A stretch of 18,085 nucleotides of DNA from Candidatus Xenobia bacterium (GTDB lineage: Bacteria > Vulcanimicrobiota > Xenobia > Xenobiales > QWHO01): the NCBI GenBank assembly GCA_045863235.1, contig BTUM01000122.1:1-18085 (forward strand). Direction: 5' to 3'. Shown here in pieces: positions 1 to 7,026 of the stretch. The notes under the pieces were generated by a model. The model was not told where the DNA came from. It saw only the letters and a program-made list of their open reading frames with translations, and searched no databases. The number at the start of each line of letters is the position of its first letter. Position 1 is the first letter of the stretch. Position numbers and translations under genes: made by a program.

Positions 1-30
1 ACGCCAGGACTGGTGCCGAGTGACTTCGGA

Positions 31-465
31 TTACACCACTTCCTGAGACACGATCGGCGGATACGCTCCGCGATCCACTCGGTACATCTCCAGGGCAGTG
101 GCCAGATCGCACAGGCCCGACTTGGCACAGGTTCCTCCCTTGTAGCGAAGCTCGACCCCTTGATAGTACAATGTCAGCCCCAGCGCAAGCTGGATGAAGC
201 TCAACTGCCAGAGCCTGCGCCACGCTCGATCAATGAGCATCAGGACCAGGAGGACCAGCACGACGAGCTGACCCAGAGTCAGCGTTGATGCCTTCACCAG
301 CTCTGGCCAGCGGAACTCCAGCAGATGCAGGATGTTTGAAAAGACCAGGAAGAAGAAAGGTACGCCGAGCAAGTAGGGCCCGTAAGAAAAGAGTGATCGC
401 ACAGTGCTTAGATGCGCGCAGGTCCGCTCTGGTTCATTCTCCACCTGCCAGAAGTCCGGCCGCAA
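31..465 (-). pseudogene. Membrane protein with a C-terminally truncated pilin/GspG-like domain (start uncertain: TTG 465 or GTG 444)
   Basis: About three hydrophobic segments, then CAKSGLCDLATALEMYRVDRGAYP, which aligns with CKSNLKNLATALEMWSVDHEEVYP of the 559..1158 protein. It ends 9 residues after YP, whereas the paralog continues for about 65. Confidence 0.6.
32..55. mobile_element. Putative terminal inverted repeat of an IS256-family element; the rest would lie left of position 32 and outside the window
   Basis: TACACCACTTCCTGAGACACGATC resembles the TACACCAC...GACACGATC ends I recall for IS256-family elements. The adjacent minus-strand gene stops resembling its paralog at this junction and takes its TAA stop from this sequence. 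No transposase or second end is visible. Confidence 0.5.
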
Positions 466-472
466 GCCCCCC

Positions 473-523
473 CCTGTGGTGTCGGAGGAGCTACGCTCGG
501 GGCCCCGCCTCCGCCACCACAGG
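473..523. repeat. Intergenic inverted repeat (REP-like stem-loop)
   Basis: CCTGTGGTGTCGGAGG (473-488) pairs with CCTCCGCCACCACAGG (508-523) at 15 of 16 positions around a 19-nt loop; no U-tract. Confidence 0.75.
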
Positions 524-558
524 ATGTTGTAGGCGACCGCTTCTCTACGAGACGGGTC

Positions 559-1158
559 TCAGGGGCTTTCCACCAGTCCCTTGTCGGAGGTGTACCGGGG
601 GTAACCGGCTGGAACACCTGCCTCGGCATGGCCGGCCTCACACTTCAGCTCGAAGAACTTCCCGGTCGTCTTGTAGGTAGCGGTGTAGGTGTCTTTGTGG
701 TGGGTCGGGCACTGCATGATGGTGACGAGATAATCCGGCGTAAGTTGCCCGAGCGCTGTCGGGTAGACTTCCTCATGATCGACTGACCACATCTCGAGAG
801 CCGTGGCGAGGTTCTTCAGGTTGCTCTTGCACTGTGTCAATTGGCCATCAGCCCTGGCCCTGGCCATTCTCGCCAGAAACTCTGCTCGCGTGTGCTTCTC
901 GGTGTTTTCCTGAAATGTCATCTGGACCGAGTCTCCCAGTACCACGATACGCATCGTTTCGCCTGCGTAAGTCAACTCCACCGTGCCTTCCATTCCGTCA
1001 CGAATCAACTGCAGGATCTGGCTTATGCCCTCGTTGGGCGAGTCAAAGGTCTGCACGGTCCCGTCCGGCATTTTCAGGAGAGCCGTGTCGTCGTCGGCAA
1101 GCACCGGAAGTTGAGTCAGCACGAGCAAGAGCAGGCTCGCCATAACAAGATAGCGCAC
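559..1158 (-). CDS. Secreted protein with C-terminal type IV pilin / T2SS GspG-like domain
   Basis: GTG start with GGGGGA RBS; Sec-type signal peptide MRYLVMASLLLLVLTQLPVLA; C-terminal CxxNLKNLATALEMWxxD...YPxxLxxLxPDYL...CP motif with three Cys. Confidence 0.8.
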   Translation of the reverse strand: MRYLVMASLLLLVLTQLPVLADDDTALLKMPDGTVQTFDSPNEGISQILQLIRDGMEGTVELTYAGETMRIVVLGDSVQMTFQENTEKHTRAEFLARMARARADGQLTQCKSNLKNLATALEMWSVDHEEVYPTALGQLTPDYLVTIMQCPTHHKDTYTATYKTTGKFFELKCEAGHAEAGVPAGYPRYTSDKGLVESP

Positions 1159-1262
1159 AGTTCAGTCCCCCTTTCATGATCGCACAACGATTCGTATGGC
1201 CGCGCTTCGCCGGCAGAACGGTCCCAGGTAGGGCTCAACCTGCCAGCACTCCAAACTGGATT

Positions 1263-1976
1263 CTAGAGGACCTCTTCCATCACGTCCGCGAGCTCGCGCA
1301 GGACCCGCGAGCCGTCCCCCCGATAGGCCGAGCCGTGCATCGCGGCCAGGGTCCTGGGCTCCAGGTCGGCCAGCGAGTTCAGGATGCTGCGAGTGTGCCT
1401 CGTGAAGGGGAGGTAGTTGGCAAACGGACCCTGATTGTAGAGCGTCAGGGTCTCGCGCACGCGACCGAGCACGTCCTGCTCGGTAAGCGGCTCCACATCC
1501 CCGTTCTGGTGCAACAGGTCGGAGCACAGCAGCGTGCGGTTGACCTCCTCGAACATCACGCCCGCGTCCCATCCGTGCGGCACGTGCGGGGTGGAGTAGA
1601 AGCGGAAGCGATGCTTGCCCGTGCTGAGCACCTCGTCCTGGTTGAGAATGCGGGCTTCACGGGAGGCAAAGTCGTTGACGTTGACCATGGCTCCCACGAA
1701 TCCGCAAACGGCCTGCGCCTCAGGGGCGATGGCGAGCCATTCGTTCAGGGCCCCGCACTCGTCGGACTCGAAGTGCGACCACCCGATCCAGCGCAGCTTC
1801 TCGGAGGGAATCAACTTCTCGACCGCTTCCCGCACCATGGGGAACATTCGGCGCAGCCCGGTGTGGAAAAGCATCGGCTCCTCGTCCCGGATCAGGAAGT
1901 GGTTGAACTGAAGCTGGATGTGCGGAACAAAGACACTGAGCCGGAAAACGTCCGGGGCGATCTCATCGATCTTCAT
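1263..1976 (-). CDS. Metallo-beta-lactamase-fold protein, ODP / FprA N-terminal di-iron-like family
   Basis: Motifs [41 protein letters not shown] and MHGS. Start placed at ATG 1976 ([14 protein letters not shown]) because the longer ORF overlaps the divergent ABC gene. Confidence 0.88.
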   Translation of the reverse strand: MKIDEIAPDVFRLSVFVPHIQLQFNHFLIRDEEPMLFHTGLRRMFPMVREAVEKLIPSEKLRWIGWSHFESDECGALNEWLAIAPEAQAVCGFVGAMVNVNDFASREARILNQDEVLSTGKHRFRFYSTPHVPHGWDAGVMFEEVNRTLLCSDLLHQNGDVEPLTEQDVLGRVRETLTLYNQGPFANYLPFTRHTRSILNSLADLEPRTLAAMHGSAYRGDGSRVLRELADVMEEVL

Positions 1977-2085
1977 CGAGCCAGGTTCGTGCCCGAACAG
2001 GAAGGCCCTTTCAGAGCTCGTGACGTTGAGCATGGTCGGGGATCGGCCGAAAGGTAACCGTCCGCGCTGATCAGAACTCCCTGGA

Positions 2086-3777
2086 ATGCTGAAGAGCGCT
2101 CTCGGTCTGCTCGCGCCCCCTGCCCGCCGGCGCTTTGCTTTGCTGGTCGCCGGAATGGTCCTGCGAGCTTCCCTCGAGGTCGTCACTATCGGCTCGATCA
2201 CGCTGTGCATGGCGCGCATGGCCGAGCAGGCCAGCGACCTGTCCCGGCCCCTCGGCCTGGCCCTGGTTCTACTGATTGTCTCCTGCATCTGCTCGGCCTG
2301 GGTCAGCTACGCCGCGGTTCGCTTTGCCACGAGCCAGGAGCGCGAGCTGGCGGCCCGGTTGCTGGCCGGCTATCTGCGTCAGCCCTACGCCTGGTGGTTG
2401 GGCCAGAACAGCGCCATTCTGCAGCAGAATGTGATGAGTGGCATGATCTCCCGTGGGGTGCTCGAGCCGCTCACCACCGGGCTCTCGCAGTTGATCCTGG
2501 TGGCTTTGCTCATCCCCCTGCTGGTGATCGTGCAGCCCTTGGTGGCGCTTTCGATGACGATCGTGCTGGGAGCGGCCTACGCCCTGCTCAGCTTCCTGAC
2601 GCGTCGCTACCTGGGCCACCTGGCCGCGACCACTCAGGAGGCCCTCGATCAGGCCAGCCAGACGTCCCAGGAGGCCATGCACGGTTTCAAGACTTTGCGC
2701 TTACTGGGGCGAGAAGATGAGATGCTGCGCCGATTCCGCCTGCAGGGCGAGCAGATCAGCCGCAATCAGTCGGCCTGGTCGCTGGCCTCCGAGCTGCCTC
2801 GCTTCTTGCTCGAGACGGTGGCCGTGGGAGGCCTGCTGGGCCTGGCCCTCTACCTTACCCAGACCGGCTCCTCGACCCGCCTGCTCCCCATGCTGAGCCT
2901 GTATGCCCTGGCCGGCTACCGGCTCATCCCGGCCCTGAACGTTGTGTTCATCAGCTGGTCCCGGCTCACGTTCTCGCTGCCCATCCTGCGACGCTTTCAC
3001 GAGGGCCTGACGGTGGCACCCAGGCCGCCTTCCGGGGAAGGTCTCGAGCTGCTCCAGGAGCTCGGTCTCGAGCAGGTCCGCTTCACTTATCCCGGAGCTG
3101 CGCGCCCCGGTCTCTCCGAGATCAGCCTCCGCCTGCCCCGCAACGCCTCGCTGGGACTGGTCGGCCCCACCGGCTGCGGCAAGACCACCCTGGTGGACAT
3201 CCTGGTGGGCCTGCTCGAGCCTGAGCAGGGCGCAGTGCTGCTTGACGGCATCCCGCTCGGCCCCGCCAGCTGGCCGGCCTGGCAACGGCGCATCGGCTAT
3301 GTTCCCCAGGATCCGTTTCTGGCCGACGCCAGCTTGCTTCAGAACATCGCGCTGGGGGTGGCCGAGCCCGACCTCGAGGCTGCCGAGCGAGCCACTCGAC
3401 TGGCCAACCTGCACGATTTCGTGCTCACTCTGCCGCAGGGCTACCACACCCTGGTGGGCGAGCGCGGGGTGCGCCTGAGCGGCGGCCAGCGGCAGAGGCT
3501 GGCCATCGCCCGGGCCCTCTACCACGACCCCGATCTGCTGGTTCTGGATGAGGCCACCAGCGCGCTCGACACCCCGACCGAGCGCGCCATCCGCGACTCG
3601 GTGGCCGCCCTGGCCGGCAAGAAGACGCTGGTGGTGGTGGCCCATCGCCTGGAAACGGTGCGCGAGCTCGACCAGATTGCCCTGATGGAGGACGGTCGTC
3701 TGACCGCTCTGGGCACGTTCGCGGAGCTCCTCGAGAAGAGCCCGCTCTTCCGCCAGCTGGCCTCCGTTGGCTCGTGA
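2086..3777 (+). CDS. ABC exporter, fused permease and ATP-binding domains (PglK/WlaB/MsbA-like)
   Basis: N-terminal TM domain; Walker [10 protein letters not shown]-loop GYVPQD, signature LSGGQRQR, Walker [13 protein letters not shown]-loop VAHRL. Confidence 0.95.
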   Translation: MLKSALGLLAPPARRRFALLVAGMVLRASLEVVTIGSITLCMARMAEQASDLSRPLGLALVLLIVSCICSAWVSYAAVRFATSQERELAARLLAGYLRQPYAWWLGQNSAILQQNVMSGMISRGVLEPLTTGLSQLILVALLIPLLVIVQPLVALSMTIVLGAAYALLSFLTRRYLGHLAATTQEALDQASQTSQEAMHGFKTLRLLGREDEMLRRFRLQGEQISRNQSAWSLASELPRFLLETVAVGGLLGLALYLTQTGSSTRLLPMLSLYALAGYRLIPALNVVFISWSRLTFSLPILRRFHEGLTVAPRPPSGEGLELLQELGLEQVRFTYPGAARPGLSEISLRLPRNASLGLVGPTGCGKTTLVDILVGLLEPEQGAVLLDGIPLGPASWPAWQRRIGYVPQDPFLADASLLQNIALGVAEPDLEAAERATRLANLHDFVLTLPQGYHTLVGERGVRLSGGQRQRLAIARALYHDPDLLVLDEATSALDTPTERAIRDSVAALAGKKTLVVVAHRLETVRELDQIALMEDGRLTALGTFAELLEKSPLFRQLASVGS

Positions 3778-3849
3778 GACGCAGCCTTCCCCCTGGCAAG
3801 CTCCTGGCCGACAGGCTCAGTATCTTCTCACAGAGCGAAGGCCCCTGTC

Positions 3850-4899
3850 TCACTCCAGCCTCGCCTCCCAGCGGAAGCTCTGGCCCGAGGGCAGAGTGAC
3901 CGTACCCGTGGCCAGGTTGCCCTGCAGCTGACCTTTGAAGACTCCGGTGACCGTGCCCGAAGGAGCTTTGAGCCAGTCCAGCGCGCTCTTCTCGGCTTGA
4001 GCGGTGAAGCTGCCCTCCAGCACGCCCTGCTTGAATGAGCCCTTGATCTGGTAGGTAACCTTGCCCAGGTTGGACTGGCTCTGGGACGATCCGCTTTGAA
4101 TCCAGCGTCCCTGCACCTGCGAGCCGCTGATGCGCAGGTTGAGCACGTTGGAGAGGGCGACTTCCTGGCCGCTCTTGCCGGTGACTCGCTCGGTCCAGCG
4201 GCCGCTCAGGTTGGTCTCGCAGCAGGTGGCGTCAAAGGTCACCTCGTCCAGGCGCACGGCCTTGCCTTCCACCACCCCGACCAGGTTGAGGACGGCGCTG
4301 TTGGCATAGTGGTTGTTGCCCCCGTCCGACGAGGCCAGCACGAAGATGGTCACGCGGCGCGAGAAAGGGTAGTAAGAGGTGTTCACGTCCACCGTCCAAC
4401 CGGCCCGGCGGTAGCGCACGGTGTGGTCGGTATGCAGGTTCTTGCGGCTGAGACGGGTCAGCTCCTCGTGCAGGCGAAGGGCGGTGCGCTCAGCCTGGAC
4501 CTTCTTCCAGTCGGGCTTGCGGGCCCACTTCTGCTTCATCAATCGCATGCGAAAGTCGTTGGCGTCGCCCTCGGAGCGCAAGAACAGATCCACCGCCCGC
4601 GTAGGGGAGAGCTCGCCGAGCTCGCCTCTGAGGTTGTCATTGAGCGATTGCAGGGTGCCCTCGGGGTCGATCGCGGCCAGGGCCTTCTCGGCCACCAGCG
4701 GCTTGAGGCCGAGTTGCACCACCACGCCGTAGGCCTCCAGCCAGCAGGCCTTCTCCTTGCGAGAGGCGGGCACGCCCCGGGCCTCCAACTGGCGCACCAG
4801 CTCGCGCACGTAGTTGGCAAAATCACCCGGGTCGGCCACAGCCACTCGGCCCGCCATCAAGACGATCACCAGCAGGACCCTGAGCAGGCGAAACGGCAG
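3850..4899 (-). CDS. Hypothetical secreted protein, helical N-half and beta-rich C-terminal domain (start uncertain: CTG 4899 or GTG 4869)
   Basis: Signal-peptide-like (L)PFRLLRVLLVIVLMAGRVAVA-D begins 2 nt after the upstream gene's stop. C-terminal Gly-rich strands LSGRW, VQGRW, IKGSF, LEGSF, FKGQL, WEARLE. Confidence 0.75.
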   Translation of the reverse strand: MPFRLLRVLLVIVLMAGRVAVADPGDFANYVRELVRQLEARGVPASRKEKACWLEAYGVVVQLGLKPLVAEKALAAIDPEGTLQSLNDNLRGELGELSPTRAVDLFLRSEGDANDFRMRLMKQKWARKPDWKKVQAERTALRLHEELTRLSRKNLHTDHTVRYRRAGWTVDVNTSYYPFSRRVTIFVLASSDGGNNHYANSAVLNLVGVVEGKAVRLDEVTFDATCCETNLSGRWTERVTGKSGQEVALSNVLNLRISGSQVQGRWIQSGSSQSQSNLGKVTYQIKGSFKQGVLEGSFTAQAEKSALDWLKAPSGTVTGVFKGQLQGNLATGTVTLPSGQSFRWEARLE

Positions 4900-4901
4900 A
4901 G

Positions 4902-6629
4902 CTAGTTTTCCTTCGGTCCGCCTGGCGGCTTCTGGGCCGACAGGTTGCGGTCGCGCACGGCCAGGAAATCCTCTCCCCAGCGCGGATTGACGCACACCCT
5001 CAGCCGCCCGCCCTCCAGCTCGACCTTGTAGATGCGGTCCATCAGGTAGTCCGCCTCCACCGTCTGGCGCAGTACGGCCCGCTCGGAGTCGTTGAGCACC
5101 CCCAGCGCGATCTCAGCGGCCACACCCTTGAGGTGCAGCTCGTCTCGCCAGTCGAAGCTCTGTTTGCCGGTGGCGGTCAGGTGAGCCATCGAGAGACGCT
5201 TGACGGGCAGGCGAAAGTCCTTGCGGCCCGTGGCCTCGCGCATGCGCAGGGTGAGGCTCCAGAGATATCCGTCCAACTCGGGCGAGATGTAGTAGGAAAA
5301 GAGGCGCGGATCGCTGCCCCGCTTGGTCTCGCCTCCCACGCCGTGGTCGGCGATGGGGGCTGTGACCCGCACGAGCTCGCCTTTGCGCACGCCCTCGCGG
5401 AAATCTTCCACGGTCAGGTGGGAAGTCACCCCGACGACCTCCACGAAATCGCGGTTGGCGTCATACTTGGCAACGGTGCTGCGGGTGAACTCGGATCCGG
5501 CCAGGTAGCCGGCCAGCGAGCCGAGCACCTTCCATACGTAGATATCGCTCTCATCCCCCAGCGCCATGTGGCGATTCACGTTCTCAGTGATCTCGCCCTC
5601 CACCGTGCGCAGGCCGTTGAGCATCTGGCGGCAGCGCAGGTCGTTCCAGATGGTCAGGAAGTTCACCTTGTACGTGCCCAGAGCGGTCAGGAAGTTGGCC
5701 CGGTTCTCCGCGGTGGGGCGCAGCAAGTTGGGGTCACGGCGGGAGAGGTAGTCGAAAATGATGTCATCATTGTTGAGCACCCCGTTGTGATAAGCTGAGA
5801 TGGCCAGGTCGACACGGTCGCCATACTTGTCCATCAGGAACTTGAAGAACACCACCGCGTCTTCCAGGTTGGCGTCGACCACCAGGCGCTCGTCCTCGAC
5901 CCCGGCCTGGTGGGCCAGGTGGCGATGGCGCTTGACCAGGTCGTAGCGCTCGGCCAGGGCCATGTACTGAGCGGCCTTGCGGCGGGCCTCGGGGTCTTTG
6001 TTCGATTTGGCCACGTTCTTGAAAAAGCGCGCCTGGGTGTAGTATTCCTCGGCCTGGCGGGCGCTGTAGGCGTGGGCGGTATCCACCGCGCCCCAGGTCA
6101 TCTGGCCCACCCCGGCGGCGTCTGCCCAGCTCACCTTGTCCATGTCGCCCGAATTCTCCCAGGACGTGATGGCCAGCACGGCCAGGAAAGGCACCTGGTG
6201 GAACTCGCAGATCTTCTTGAGCTTGGCCTCGTAGCGGCGGATCAGGGCGTGGTTGCGGTTGAGGTCGTGATGATTGGTGGTGTGGTAGACCACGTGGTGG
6301 TAGGCCAGGATCTCGGCCGCCGCCTGGCGCTTCTCCTCTTCGGAGTAGGAGGTCAAGACTTGCTCCACCATGTCGTCAACGGCCGCCCGCTCCTCCTCGG
6401 AGTACTTCTCGCGCACGTAAAAGTTGCGGAGCTTCGAGCGGCTGGCGGGAGCCTCGGCGGGCTGCTTGGGGATGCCCTGGGTGGCGGCCGGGTTGGGGGT
6501 GACCGCGGCCGATGGGCTGGCCGCGGGCGTGGGCGCTTTGCCGCAGCCGGTCAGGCCCCAGCAGGTGATCCAGAGCCAACCAAAAAGACTGACCCCGTGA
6601 AGAATCTTCCTGATCTTGCGAGCGGCCAC
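4902..6629 (-). CDS. Lipoprotein with soluble lytic transglycosylase (SLT/GH23-like) domain and an additional C-terminal domain
   Basis: Lipobox LTG-C after a basic/hydrophobic leader; Pro/Ala linker; SLT motif I LAITSWENS (catalytic Glu), motif II AAGVGQMT, motif III LAISAYHNG. Confidence 0.82.
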   Translation of the reverse strand: MAARKIRKILHGVSLFGWLWITCWGLTGCGKAPTPAASPSAAVTPNPAATQGIPKQPAEAPASRSKLRNFYVREKYSEEERAAVDDMVEQVLTSYSEEEKRQAAAEILAYHHVVYHTTNHHDLNRNHALIRRYEAKLKKICEFHQVPFLAVLAITSWENSGDMDKVSWADAAGVGQMTWGAVDTAHAYSARQAEEYYTQARFFKNVAKSNKDPEARRKAAQYMALAERYDLVKRHRHLAHQAGVEDERLVVDANLEDAVVFFKFLMDKYGDRVDLAISAYHNGVLNNDDIIFDYLSRRDPNLLRPTAENRANFLTALGTYKVNFLTIWNDLRCRQMLNGLRTVEGEITENVNRHMALGDESDIYVWKVLGSLAGYLAGSEFTRSTVAKYDANRDFVEVVGVTSHLTVEDFREGVRKGELVRVTAPIADHGVGGETKRGSDPRLFSYYISPELDGYLWSLTLRMREATGRKDFRLPVKRLSMAHLTATGKQSFDWRDELHLKGVAAEIALGVLNDSERAVLRQTVEADYLMDRIYKVELEGGRLRVCVNPRWGEDFLAVRDRNLSAQKPPGGPKEN

Positions 6630-6673
6630 GATGGTAGAACCTTTCTCTCAGTGCCGATCGGTTCCTGTCCGCG

Positions 6674-7024
6674 ATGACCCGCCTCGAGCTTGCCCGGGCC
6701 GGCGAGCAGGCCGCCTCGTGCTTCCTCCAGGCGCGCGGATGGGTCGTGCTGGAGTGCAACTATCGCTGCCCTCCCGCTGAGATCGACCTGATCGCCCGAG
6801 ACGGCGACGTGCTGGTGTTCGTTGAAGTGAAGACGCGCCAGAGCCCCAGGGCGGTTCCCGCCGAGGCGGTCTCGCCCCAAAAGCAACGCAAGATTCGCCT
6901 GGCGGCCGCATGGTATCTCAAAGAGCGCCGCCTGTCCGACCCACCCTGTCGCTTCGACGTGATCGCGGTCACCGGGCGCAGCCAGAGCGACTTTACCCTG
7001 GAGCACTTTCCGGGGGCGTTTTAG
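6674..7024 (+). CDS. yraN: YraN family (UPF0102) PD-(D/E)xK putative endonuclease
   Basis: GEQAA..FL...G..VLECNYR....EIDLIARDGDVLVFVEVKTR, V...KQRKI..AA..YL and CRFDVIAV match the family pattern; 116 aa. Confidence 0.95.
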   Translation: MTRLELARAGEQAASCFLQARGWVVLECNYRCPPAEIDLIARDGDVLVFVEVKTRQSPRAVPAEAVSPQKQRKIRLAAAWYLKERRLSDPPCRFDVIAVTGRSQSDFTLEHFPGAF

Positions 7025-7026
7025 GC

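Noticed and set aside
1979..1996. Sigma-54-like GGGCACGAACCTGGC on the minus strand
   Set aside because: Two mismatches to consensus and only about 3 nt from the ATG, which would put the transcription start inside the gene.
1977..2288. N-terminal extension of the MBL-fold ORF to 341 aa
   Set aside because: It overlaps the divergent ABC gene and looks like shadow sequence; family similarity starts at MKIDEIAP.
6674..7024. yraN as the nuclease of an anti-phage system
   Set aside because: It is a typical stand-alone YraN, a widespread chromosomal family, and no recognisable defence genes are nearby.
6910..7026. N-terminal extension of the 1061-aa ORF
   Set aside because: It overlaps the well-conserved yraN coding region; TTG 7027 is the more plausible start.
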